Made by a program: the position numbers and the translations under genes | The notes under the pieces: generated by a model | Database searches by the model: none | The model's input: only the letters and a program-made list of their open reading frames with translations | What the model was told of the DNA's origin: nothing | Shown: one piece after another, positions 18,599-27,786 of the stretch | Position numbering within the stretch: position 1 is the stretch's first letter | Layout: each line of letters starts with the position of its first letter | From: an uncultured Thermoplasmatales archaeon | GTDB taxonomy: Archaea > Thermoplasmatota > E2 > DHVEG-1 | Direction: 5' to 3' | DNA: 64,000 bases | NCBI GenBank assembly: GCA_964410735.1 | Contig: CAYPIF010000027.1 | Coordinates: 484 to 64,483 of the forward strand

Positions 18599-19417
18599 AA
18601 AAGATCTTTTTCTTCTTGCGATATCATAGAGGTCTTGATATATCTCAGGTCGTATATCACGTATCACTGGTCTATTAGCACGAGCTGTTTTCAATAGATT
18701 CATGTCAAGATCACAGGTGACAATCGATTCCTCGAAATAGGGTGCTTTTACCAGTTGTTTTCCAAGGGGGTCATATGCTTGTGAGCCACCCCAGAAGACA
18801 AGATCTTCTTGGGTTCCAACGATATTTGTATAAATGAAGAACGTCGTGTTCTCAATAGCCCTTGCAGGAAGCAATGTCTCAAAGTATTGTCTTGTGACAG
18901 ATGGTGACGCGGAGATACATATGATGATATCAGCACCTTGTAAAGAATACGCTTTTGCTATCTCTGGAAAATAAATGTCATAACATATGAGGATCCCGAT
19001 CTTACCAAATGATGTTTTAAAAACAGGGAGTCGCTGACCTTCATCAAAAAATATTTTTTCCTCAAAAGGGCCAAACGTCGGGAGGAACCATTTTTCATAT
19101 GAGTCAACTGTTCCATCAGGATGGATGAGGATAGCAGCATTATGGATTATTCCCTTGATCTGGGAATCAGATAAGGGCATTCCAAAAAGTATGTATTTTT
19201 TCTGTTTTTTCGCAATTTCTTTTATCTTTTTTATCGATGGACCATCGATTGGTTCGGCAAGGTCACGTAATTCATCTTTACAGCGGTATCCCGTAAGTGT
19301 TATTTCTCCAAATACATACATGTCAGCGTCATTGTTAAGCACGTATTCTTCAATTGTCTTGATATTGCTTGTTTTATCCGCAATCTTTGGACGCATTGAG
19401 ATTAACGCAAGTTTCAT
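18578..19417 (-). CDS. Carbon-nitrogen hydrolase (nitrilase/amidase superfamily).
   Basis: The Glu-Lys-Cys triad contexts are present: YVFGE, SYEKWFLP and GILICYDIYFPE. Confidence 0.8.
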   Translation of the reverse strand: MKLALISMRPKIADKTSNIKTIEEYVLNNDADMYVFGEITLTGYRCKDELRDLAEPIDGPSIKKIKEIAKKQKKYILFGMPLSDSQIKGIIHNAAILIHPDGTVDSYEKWFLPTFGPFEEKIFFDEGQRLPVFKTSFGKIGILICYDIYFPEIAKAYSLQGADIIICISASPSVTRQYFETLLPARAIENTTFFIYTNIVGTQEDLVFWGGSQAYDPLGKQLVKAPYFEESIVTCDLDMNLLKTARANRPVIRDIRPEIYQDLYDIARRKRSFSKPKEK

Positions 19418-19479
19418 GATATTACCTTGTTTTGATGCAATATCGTATTTATTAATAGATTTTTCCCGGCTGATGTTGA

Positions 19480-19935
19480 TTAGAGCTTGTCTGCTACGAT
19501 ATGTGTAAAGATTATGTCCTTTACTTTGTCAAGATTCGAATCAAGATAGATTGCACCGATGAGTGATTCAAATGCGTTTGCGATATTCGTTGGATTATCT
19601 TTTCCGCCTTGCTGTTCCTCCCCTTTGCCAACGCGAAGATATTTCCCAATTCCTAGTTTTTTCCCTTGTTCTGCAAGCCATTTATTGTTTACAATAAATG
19701 CTCTTCGCCTTGTTAGTTCCCCCTCTGCAAAGTAGGAATTAGTTGTATAAAGCTTGTCTGCAATGATAAAATTGAGGATACTATCTCCTAGAAACTCGAG
19801 ACGTTCGTTATATTCGATTGGTTCCATTGCCTCAAATGCATATGTTTTATGGGTAAGTGCTGTTTGAAGTAATGATTTGTTTTTAAAGGTGTAACCAAGT
19901 TTTTTTTCAAGTGTTTTTAATTGTGATGGCCTCAT
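19480..19935 (-). CDS. rnc: Ribonuclease III catalytic domain protein lacking a dsRBD (151 aa).
   Basis: RNase III signature ERLEFLGDSILNFIIADKLY, an N-terminal LEKKLGYTFKNKSLLQTALTHKTY, and a C-terminal AFESLIGAIYLD. The protein ends about 60 aa before where a dsRBD would start. Confidence 0.75.
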   Translation of the reverse strand: MRPSQLKTLEKKLGYTFKNKSLLQTALTHKTYAFEAMEPIEYNERLEFLGDSILNFIIADKLYTTNSYFAEGELTRRRAFIVNNKWLAEQGKKLGIGKYLRVGKGEEQQGGKDNPTNIANAFESLIGAIYLDSNLDKVKDIIFTHIVADKL

Positions 19936-19950
19936 GTGATCACATTTTCA

Positions 19951-21672
19951 TCATTTCTTTCTTCCAAAGGATAAGTATTCAATGATTTTTTTTGCGGTTG
20001 GTTCATCATCAAACGATGCGATAAAATCCCCTGCAGTATTGAACGGGCGGTTTAAAAGAATATGTGCTGCTCGCTTCTTTCCAATAAACGGTATTGCTTC
20101 GAGAACAGGTCTTGGAACTGTATTGATCGGGAGGGGATATTGTAATCCAGTAATTGAACGGAAACCGTAAGCTATAACCTTTATTGAATGTGACATACCA
20201 ATCTCAAGGTGACCAGGTATACCTATGAGTAGCGGATAGCTTCCCATTTGCCTGCCAAAAGTTAGATTTCCCTCGTGTTTTTCTGCAATGACATCAGTTA
20301 GGATTGTCCCTTGTGGTATTAATTGTTTTAATAATGGTTGCTCTACCTCTTGTTGAACCTTTCGTTTAAAGCGGTGGAACTCTTTATGATGTTTTTTTAC
20401 AAGTAAATTACTTGTTTGCTCCATTCTTGTTCCCTTTAATGGTATGACTTGTCGTATGTTTATCCGCCGTAAGAGAAGGTGATCGTTAAGTATTTTTTTA
20501 AGAAATTGATAGTTCAATTCAAATGTCTTTTTAGTTTCTCCTTTAAGCCCACAGAGAAAATTAAGACCGGGTAGGAGTTCAGGCATACCATTTTTTCCTT
20601 TTTTTGAACCCACCTTGTTTAACAATGTTATTGCTTTGTAGACATCATCTGCTGATGCCTTCAAATTGTTTTCCTCTATAACAATAGGATCTACACTTTC
20701 CACGCCCATCGCTGCGACATCACCAGAGGTATGATAGGCTACAATGGTTTCAGCGATCTGTTCACATTCATCAGGATATGTTGCGAGAACACCAGGGTTT
20801 GCATTATCAATATGGATTGTTTTTAGATCTGGTGCAACAGTGTGGATACCTGAAAAGAGTTTCTCAATTTCAGATGGATTTGGTTGGGGTACTGCTTTTG
20901 TTTTTGCATCATGCGCTTTATATGAGAAAATACAGGGTTGGTCACCGATCCGGATATGCTGGAGGCCTGCTTTGTATAATGTTTTGATCTCAGAGTGAAT
21001 GTCTTTTTGTTCTCTAAAATCAGGTGGGCCTTTGGATGGCTCACTGCAAAAGGAACATCCGCCAATGATGCTACGTGGGCATCCTCGATATGTTTCAATC
21101 TCTGCTATCAATCTATTGGGGAAATAAGGATGTTGTTTGATGATCTTTGCTCCATTTATTGCATAGGCGCTTATGTCTTTAGCATGCTTTCTTTTTCTGT
21201 TTAGGTCTACTTCTTCTATGGCCCCTTTTTCTAGGATATCAGAGATGACCAATTCTGGGTCTCCAGTAATGAAAGCATCAAATGTATCTGTGTTGGGATC
21301 GATATGTTTTGTTTTTTTCCCGCCGCCTAATCCAAATCCATATCTTGCTGCTGGACCACACAGGAGTTTCAATGGGTTTTTAATAGATGTTAGGAATCTT
21401 GACAGCTCACCGGGGCTTGCAGGATAACCAGAAAGGTATCGGCCAGGTACTGCCATCCCCGCGATAACAATTAAAAAGTCAGTGGTGTCAATATTAGTAA
21501 GGATTGAATGATCGTGCCGTATCTGATCAATTGTATAATACTGTAGTTTTGCTGCTTGTTCAAAACTCCAGATTGCGCCAGCGATATATCGAGGGTACGG
21601 GCTGATATATGGTGGGACTCCTAGGCATGTGGGTTCATCAACGTAACCATCAAGTATGACTGCTGAAACCAT
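19951..21672 (-). CDS. Radical SAM protein with an N-terminal B12-binding-like domain (YgiQ/UPF0313-like) and a C-terminal TRAM-like beta region.
   Basis: Cys cluster YRGCPRSIIGGCSFCSE, an N-terminal VILDGYVDEPTCLGVPPYISPYPRYIAG, and a glycine-rich SAM-binding region. Confidence 0.65.
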   Translation of the reverse strand: MVSAVILDGYVDEPTCLGVPPYISPYPRYIAGAIWSFEQAAKLQYYTIDQIRHDHSILTNIDTTDFLIVIAGMAVPGRYLSGYPASPGELSRFLTSIKNPLKLLCGPAARYGFGLGGGKKTKHIDPNTDTFDAFITGDPELVISDILEKGAIEEVDLNRKRKHAKDISAYAINGAKIIKQHPYFPNRLIAEIETYRGCPRSIIGGCSFCSEPSKGPPDFREQKDIHSEIKTLYKAGLQHIRIGDQPCIFSYKAHDAKTKAVPQPNPSEIEKLFSGIHTVAPDLKTIHIDNANPGVLATYPDECEQIAETIVAYHTSGDVAAMGVESVDPIVIEENNLKASADDVYKAITLLNKVGSKKGKNGMPELLPGLNFLCGLKGETKKTFELNYQFLKKILNDHLLLRRINIRQVIPLKGTRMEQTSNLLVKKHHKEFHRFKRKVQQEVEQPLLKQLIPQGTILTDVIAEKHEGNLTFGRQMGSYPLLIGIPGHLEIGMSHSIKVIAYGFRSITGLQYPLPINTVPRPVLEAIPFIGKKRAAHILLNRPFNTAGDFIASFDDEPTAKKIIEYLSFGRKK

Positions 21673-21827
21673 TCTTTGTCGAGCCCAAGATTTTCAATAC
21701 AGGTTTATAAAGGTTTGTCCGTCTTTTATGATTGCGAGGTCCACTATCAATTACCTGCGAATAAAAATTGATAACACCTGTACAATAAAACCTTAATAAG
21801 CAAAGCTCCAAAATATTCAGTTGAGGA

Positions 21828-24587
21828 ATGAAGTGCATGGTGATGAGCAAAATAAAGTTAAGTTCATTGATCCAATTTTTTAAAAGGAAGCGGAATATTA
21901 TCGTTCTGTTTATAATACTCCTTATCATATTGTCTAGTGTTACAGTTTTTCTTTTTTTGAATGATACCGAGGAACGCGTTGTTATGGGTACCATTTATAT
22001 TGACTCGCTACCCGCTCCCGCAGGAGTTGGTGTGAAGCTTGTTTTTCCAGATGGTGATGCACATGATCCTTCTGGAACGGATGAGATGGGTCAGTATCGT
22101 ATTGATGTTACTAATTTTAGTGGTGAGACTGGTAGCTTTTTCATCTCTTTTAATGGTACAACCTATATGCCTAAGAATGAAAGTGGTGAGTATTTTGATT
22201 ATATTGTTAGCAATGGTTCATATGTGATTTCAATCGATTTATTCATTACTATTCCAAATGAAGAGGTTGATGATACTACCTCAGATGATCCAAGTGATAC
22301 GGATAGCAGTGACGATACAACAGATGACAACACTAATGATAATTCAACAGATGATACCACAGATGATACATCTGATGATGGTGATGATAGCAATACCGAT
22401 GACGGTACTGATGATGGTACTAGCGATGATACAACAGGGGATGATAATGATGATACATCTGAGGATGATAGCGATGATGATACCAGTGATGACGATGATG
22501 AGATGATCTCTAGCCTGTCATTAAACACATATGTCTGGGATAATGAAACTACCACATGGGCTGATGAGATCGGTACCGAAAACGGTGATATTGTCTCATA
22601 TAAGATTCTGGTTGAATACACGGGAAATGACCATATTACTGATATCATAATATCAGATCAAACATCCATTGGTTTGGATTTTATTGGAGATGCTACGGTA
22701 AATGGAAGCATACAAAATCCAGATGTTAATTCAACAACCCATACAATTCAATGGAACCTTTCAAACATTACAATGAATGATTCTCTTATTATCCTTTTTA
22801 ATTGCAAGGTCAATGGAGAAGGAAGTCTTTTTAGTGATGTGAAAGTTAACGCCACTGAGAATACCACTAAGACCTTTAATCTAACAAAATCTGTTACTGT
22901 AAACATCTATGGGGCTATTACCCTAGAAAAACAGGTTTGGGATATTAAAACACTTAATTGGGTTAAGGAATGTTCGACAGATATTGGAAACACAGCTCGA
23001 TTTAAGATATCAATTCTTTATGAAGGCTCGTTTACTGTGGATAATATTGTAGTTACAGATTTATTGTCAGATGGATTGAATTACATTGGAAATGCAACCG
23101 TTAATGGAACAATTTTTGGTCCTATTGTGAATACTACAGATCATACTCTACAATGGGATTTAGGGGGCCTTGTCCCTCAAGAGCTTATTATAATTGAGTA
23201 TGATACAAATGTCACTATTAATGCCACATTTATAAATAAGGTTAAATTACTTGGAGAAGAGACCATAGGTACATTGTTTAATGAAACAGATTCTGCGGTT
23301 GTGACTGGTGAAGCACCAAAACATCTTACCTGTGTTAAACAAGTAAAACATAATGATGGGAACTGGGTAAAGATGGTGGATGCTACTGTAGGAGGCAATA
23401 CCACATTTAAGATAACACTTTTCAATAATGGAAATCGCTCGCTCTATAATCTTAACATTCTCGACAAACTCCCAACTTCCTTATCGTATGTGACAAACAG
23501 CTCAATGATTCTATATAACAATCAGACGTTTTATGAAGAACCTACGGTAGATGCCTCTCGTACTCAACTCCTTTGGTATAATATTAACTCTGTGACGCAT
23601 GATTATCTCAACCCTGCTGAGAACTTATCAATTGTTTTTAACACAACGATAACTGGCGCAGGCTTTATTAGAAATCATGTTAACGTGACATCAACAATCT
23701 GTAATGGATGTGATCCTCTTGATGTATCAGATACAGCCTTTGTCAATGCTACAATGCCAATACAAGAGCTTACTGTCGATGCTGGTGGACCATATAGCAA
23801 AAAACCTGGTGATGCATTCAACCTTACAGCAAGTGCATCAGGTGGAATACCTCCCTATCATTATGTATGGGATCTCAATAACGATGGTTTTTTTGATGAT
23901 GGAAATAAAAGTGATCCTGGAATACAATTTGATACTGAAGGGAATTACACGGTCCGTGTAAAGGTAATCGACAGTGAAAATACCACTGCTATGGATACAG
24001 CGTACATTATTATTGCTATACCCCCATTAACGGTTGATGCGGGTGGACCGTATACACAGTTTGCCGGCAACGTTATTATGTTCAACGGGTCTGCGACAGG
24101 TGGTATCATTGGTTATAGCTGGTTTTGGGATTTCGGTGATGGGAACACATCCACTCAGCAAAATCCTATGCATACATATATAGCGACAGGAATATACACA
24201 GCATTTTTGACAGTAACCGATTCTATGAACAACTCTCAGAACGACACTGCATTAATAACTATAAATGAAAGAGATGCCACGCCCCCGGTGATAGATGTTG
24301 ATGATCCTATCAGTGCATTGTATATAAATGGAAGAGCGGTATTCCCATTTTTTGTTCCATTAATCTTTGGAGAAATTGAGATAAACATCACTGCTGTAGA
24401 TGAAGAAACATCCGTTGAAAAAATTGAACTTCACATCAATGAAGAGCTCATTGGAACCTGGAATGATTCCTCGATACAATGGACCTGGTCGGAGCGAACA
24501 TTTGGTCGTTTCCGTTTCTATATCGTTGCCTATGATGAAGCCGGTAATTGGAATGACCTGGAATTTATTGTGTGGAAGTTTTTTTAA
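21828..24587 (+). CDS. 919-aa secreted surface protein with an Asp/Thr/Ser acidic linker, DUF11-like repeats and two or more PKD domains.
   Basis: Signal anchor (IIVLFIILLIILSSVTVFLFL), a roughly 80-aa D/T/S-rich acidic linker, the repeated module TD..SDGL.YIGNATVNG, and classical PKD motifs (WDFGDGNTSTQQNPMHTY; GGPYS..G). It carries more than 40 N-x-S/T sequons. Confidence 0.7.
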   Translation: MKCMVMSKIKLSSLIQFFKRKRNIIVLFIILLIILSSVTVFLFLNDTEERVVMGTIYIDSLPAPAGVGVKLVFPDGDAHDPSGTDEMGQYRIDVTNFSGETGSFFISFNGTTYMPKNESGEYFDYIVSNGSYVISIDLFITIPNEEVDDTTSDDPSDTDSSDDTTDDNTNDNSTDDTTDDTSDDGDDSNTDDGTDDGTSDDTTGDDNDDTSEDDSDDDTSDDDDEMISSLSLNTYVWDNETTTWADEIGTENGDIVSYKILVEYTGNDHITDIIISDQTSIGLDFIGDATVNGSIQNPDVNSTTHTIQWNLSNITMNDSLIILFNCKVNGEGSLFSDVKVNATENTTKTFNLTKSVTVNIYGAITLEKQVWDIKTLNWVKECSTDIGNTARFKISILYEGSFTVDNIVVTDLLSDGLNYIGNATVNGTIFGPIVNTTDHTLQWDLGGLVPQELIIIEYDTNVTINATFINKVKLLGEETIGTLFNETDSAVVTGEAPKHLTCVKQVKHNDGNWVKMVDATVGGNTTFKITLFNNGNRSLYNLNILDKLPTSLSYVTNSSMILYNNQTFYEEPTVDASRTQLLWYNINSVTHDYLNPAENLSIVFNTTITGAGFIRNHVNVTSTICNGCDPLDVSDTAFVNATMPIQELTVDAGGPYSKKPGDAFNLTASASGGIPPYHYVWDLNNDGFFDDGNKSDPGIQFDTEGNYTVRVKVIDSENTTAMDTAYIIIAIPPLTVDAGGPYTQFAGNVIMFNGSATGGIIGYSWFWDFGDGNTSTQQNPMHTYIATGIYTAFLTVTDSMNNSQNDTALITINERDATPPVIDVDDPISALYINGRAVFPFFVPLIFGEIEINITAVDEETSVEKIELHINEELIGTWNDSSIQWTWSERTFGRFRFYIVAYDEAGNWNDLEFIVWKFF

Positions 24588-24594
24588 AAGAATC

Positions 24595-25014
24595 TCATTC
24601 ACCAACAAGTTGTAGTATGATACTTCTGTTTCGGGGTCGTGTATCAAGTTCGATAAAAACGATCTGCTGCCAGGTACCATGGATGAGTTGTTTGTTCTGA
24701 AAAGGAATACTAATACCTGGTCCCATGATACTTGCTTTTACATGGGATCTTCCGTTATCATCATGCCATGTTTGATGATGGGCATACTCAATGGATCTTG
24801 GAGCGATTTTTTCTAAAGCATCAGGCAGATCTTTCTGCAATCCTGGTTCGTATTCGATCGTTGTTATTGTGCCTGTGGAACCGGGTACAAATGCACAGGC
24901 TATTCCGTTTTCCATTTTTGATTCATCTATAGTCTCTTGGATTTCATCTGTGATGTCCACAATATGGTTTTCACCTTTCGATTTGAGAGATATCTCTTTA
25001 TGATATACTGTCAT
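24595..25014 (-). CDS. YjbQ/UPF0047 family protein (secondary thiamine-phosphate synthase-like).
   Basis: Conserved motifs HTSASL-like (AFVPGSTGTITTIEYEPG), HDDNGRSHVKASIMG and GTWQQIVFIELD. The start is set at the internal Met (MTVYHKEI) so the gene does not overlap pyrK; the listed ORF 24595..25182 extends further. Confidence 0.65.
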   Translation of the reverse strand: MTVYHKEISLKSKGENHIVDITDEIQETIDESKMENGIACAFVPGSTGTITTIEYEPGLQKDLPDALEKIAPRSIEYAHHQTWHDDNGRSHVKASIMGPGISIPFQNKQLIHGTWQQIVFIELDTRPRNRSIILQLVGE

Positions 25015-25030
25015 TTGTTCATCATCCTTA

Positions 25031-25813
25031 TCATTTAAGCAAGATCCTCGTTCCAGATGCATCTCTTTTTGAGACACCAAAATCTTTGAGCTTGCCAAGG
25101 GTTTCCCTTTTAAAAATGGGGCCTTCGACACAGACTCGTATACCTTCCCCGACACAACATTGTCCGCAGATCCCAATGCCACATTTCATATAGCGCTCCA
25201 ATGATGCTTGCATTGGTATCGTACCACTTTTGTCGTATAATGATTTCATCATGAGTTCAGGTCCACAGGTGTAGATGGAATCAATATCCTCTGAGTGTAT
25301 AATATCTATTGCAATATCCGATGCGAATCCTTTTTTGCCTATGCTTCCATCATCTGTTGCCAGGATGACATTTGCACCGGTTTTTTGTATTCGTTCAGCA
25401 AAGAACATCTCATCTTTTGTCTTAGTGCCGAGTACACAGGTTACTTTTTTCTTTTGTTTTCGAACAAATTCAACTGCTGGTGCGATCATCGCTATACCTG
25501 TTCCTCCGCCAACAAAAAGAAGATGTTTGCCTGTGTATTCAAACCCATGGCCATAGGGTCCTCGTATCCCAATTGGTTCGCCCTCTTTTATTTCGAACAA
25601 TGCATTGGTTGCATCACCAACCCTGCGAAATGTGATACCTTTTTTGGTTTTATCTATGTATGAAACGCTCATTGGTATCTCATCGATACCGGGGATCCAT
25701 ATCATAAAGAATTGACCGGGCATTGTTTCTGCATCATATGGAAAAATAAATGATTTGATATCATTTGTTTCCTTTACACTAGTGAGTATTTTGCATATGT
25801 TTGGCGTGTCCAT
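25031..25813 (-). CDS. pyrK: Dihydroorotate dehydrogenase electron-transfer subunit (FAD/2Fe-2S).
   Basis: C-terminal 2Fe-2S cysteines CGIGICGQCCV and an FNR-like FAD/NAD fold. The start is the internal Met that overlaps the pyrD stop (TGATG). Confidence 0.8.
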   Translation of the reverse strand: MDTPNICKILTSVKETNDIKSFIFPYDAETMPGQFFMIWIPGIDEIPMSVSYIDKTKKGITFRRVGDATNALFEIKEGEPIGIRGPYGHGFEYTGKHLLFVGGGTGIAMIAPAVEFVRKQKKKVTCVLGTKTKDEMFFAERIQKTGANVILATDDGSIGKKGFASDIAIDIIHSEDIDSIYTCGPELMMKSLYDKSGTIPMQASLERYMKCGIGICGQCCVGEGIRVCVEGPIFKRETLGKLKDFGVSKRDASGTRILLK

Positions 25814-26763
25814 CAATGTGCAACCCCACGTAATTCTTCGATGGATGAATACTGATGTTTTTTCATCCATTCCCCCATTTCATCACATATCGTTTTGAAC
25901 ACATCAATCCCTCGTGAGTAAACACCTGTTCCTATTTGTACTGCTGAAGCACCTGCCATGATATATTCTATTGCGTCGTTTCCATCTGTTACACCACCCA
26001 CACCAATTATTGGTACGGATGTATGCTCATAGATGTCAAAGACACTTCGTATCCCAATTGGTTTGATTGCTCGCCCAGAGTATCCTCCGATCTTATTTGC
26101 TAGGATCGGTTTAGCGATGTCAATATTGATGGCCATGGCTTTCACTGTGTTTATGGCGACAAGTCCGTCTGCGTTTCCTTTTTCTGCTGCTTTTGCTATC
26201 TGAACGATATCGTTTACGTTAGATGAAAGTTTTACAAAAACAGGGATTAAAACACTTTTTTTGACAGATGCAGTAATTTTTTCTACAAGATTCGGGTCTT
26301 GCCCTATTTCAAGTCCAAACCCTTTTGCATGTGGACAGCTCACGTTTAATTCCAATGCATCAACGCCAGCATGCTGCATGTCTTTTGCAAGTTGTTTGAA
26401 TTCTTCGATGGTTGAACCAAAAATACTTCCTATAACTGTGGCATGGTCCCTTTTTATTTCTTTTATCTCCTTTTGATATTCGCTGATACCTGGGTTGGGA
26501 AGTCCCATCGCGTTGAGGATGCCACAGCCAAGTTCGACAAAGGATGGATTTGCGTGTCCGGTTCTTGATGTCAATCCAATTGATTTTGTGACTACTGCTG
26601 CAGCTCCAGAACGAAGTACTCTTTTCATGCTACCCGCGTCTTCATCCATGATACCAGATGCAAGGATCGTTGGGTTTTCTAAATGTAATGTTTTAATGGT
26701 GGTTGAAAGGTCAACCACGATATCACCTGAAAAATGGTAATGGATAACATTATATAAAGCCAT
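25813..26763 (-). CDS. pyrD: Dihydroorotate dehydrogenase catalytic subunit (class 1B).
   Basis: TIM-barrel DHODH motifs: NPTILASG, GLPNPGISEY, AINTVK and GGYSGRAIKPIG. Confidence 0.85.
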   Translation of the reverse strand: MALYNVIHYHFSGDIVVDLSTTIKTLHLENPTILASGIMDEDAGSMKRVLRSGAAAVVTKSIGLTSRTGHANPSFVELGCGILNAMGLPNPGISEYQKEIKEIKRDHATVIGSIFGSTIEEFKQLAKDMQHAGVDALELNVSCPHAKGFGLEIGQDPNLVEKITASVKKSVLIPVFVKLSSNVNDIVQIAKAAEKGNADGLVAINTVKAMAINIDIAKPILANKIGGYSGRAIKPIGIRSVFDIYEHTSVPIIGVGGVTDGNDAIEYIMAGASAVQIGTGVYSRGIDVFKTICDEMGEWMKKHQYSSIEELRGVAH

Positions 26764-26827
26764 ATAACATGTATTTATTGGATGGTAGCGTAAACTACAT
26801 ATGAACCCTGTTCATTGCGTATCATCA

Positions 26828-27727
26828 ATGAGTACATATTTGGTCACCCGTTGGTTTGGAACTTTTCTCTATGATGATTCAAAAAGGATAGGTGAGAAGG
26901 TATCTTCAAAAGATCAATCGAAAATGACGAAGCGTATTGTTTCTTTGATGGACCAAGACATCCTTGATGAAGAACGAAGTTTCTTAAAGAAAAAGAATAT
27001 CGTTGTCTCGGAGAAACGGTTGTTATCTCTTGGATCGTTCGAGCCTGATGATCCTTTTTTCAGATCTGTTGATGTGCCTTTGGAATCAGTCGGTATGGCA
27101 GAGCGGGATCTTCGTGATTCTATGATTACTATCACGGAGGAACGTGTTACAGCTGCTTTGCAACTTCCTGATTTTCAGATTATTCAAATGGTCAACGCGG
27201 TGGATGATCTGTTACAGACCGCAAATCTTTTATCTGAACGACTGGCAAGTTGGAATGTTTTTCCAACCGATGATGACATTCTTAATCCATTCAATGAGCT
27301 ATTACAATCAGTGAAACAGGAGATCTCTCGTTTGGAATCAGAGATACAAAAACAAATACTGGTACTCGCTCCGAATATCTGCTCCGTAATCGGTCCGATC
27401 CTTTCTGCTCGTATGCTCTCATGTGCAGGGTCCCTTGATAAACTTGCGAAGTTACCCTCATCATCCATTCAACTTCTTGGTGCTGAAAAAGCCCTGTTCC
27501 GTTTTAAAAAGGAAGGTGGACGTCCGCCTAAGCATGGCGTGATTTTCCAGCATGGACTTATTAACATGGCACCAAAACGATTTCGAGGAAGGTACGCACG
27601 GGTTCTTTCCGCTCGGATATCACTTGCAGCAAAGGCCGATGCGTTTACAAAGAGAGATATTTCTAGGGAATTAGCATCTGATCTTGAGGCTGCTGTGGTG
27701 GAAATAAAAAAATCGGCAAATGTATAA
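26828..27727 (+). CDS. nop5: Nop5/Nop56 family C/D box snoRNP protein.
   Basis: Nop domain: LAPNICSVIGPILSARMLSCAGSLDKLAKLPSSSIQLLGAEKALFRFKK and a following GGRPPKHGVI motif. It is short, about 300 aa. Confidence 0.7.
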   Translation: MSTYLVTRWFGTFLYDDSKRIGEKVSSKDQSKMTKRIVSLMDQDILDEERSFLKKKNIVVSEKRLLSLGSFEPDDPFFRSVDVPLESVGMAERDLRDSMITITEERVTAALQLPDFQIIQMVNAVDDLLQTANLLSERLASWNVFPTDDDILNPFNELLQSVKQEISRLESEIQKQILVLAPNICSVIGPILSARMLSCAGSLDKLAKLPSSSIQLLGAEKALFRFKKEGGRPPKHGVIFQHGLINMAPKRFRGRYARVLSARISLAAKADAFTKRDISRELASDLEAAVVEIKKSANV

Positions 27728-27786
27728 ATGGTAAATGTTGTATGGTTTTTTCTCTGATTACGTTCAAATGAGCAGGTGAAGAACAG

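Noticed and set aside
22199-22648. 149-aa minus-strand ORF encoding a poly-Ser/Val protein, and a plus-strand 82-aa M/I/Q-rich ORF at 22258..22506.
   Set aside because: Both lie inside the acidic D/T/S linker of gene 21828..24587 and are read from alternative frames of the GAT-rich repeats. They are low-complexity frame artefacts, not genes.
24595-25182. Full 195-aa extent of the YjbQ ORF.
   Set aside because: The first 56 codons overlap pyrK and are not part of the conserved YjbQ domain. The start was moved to the internal Met (25014).
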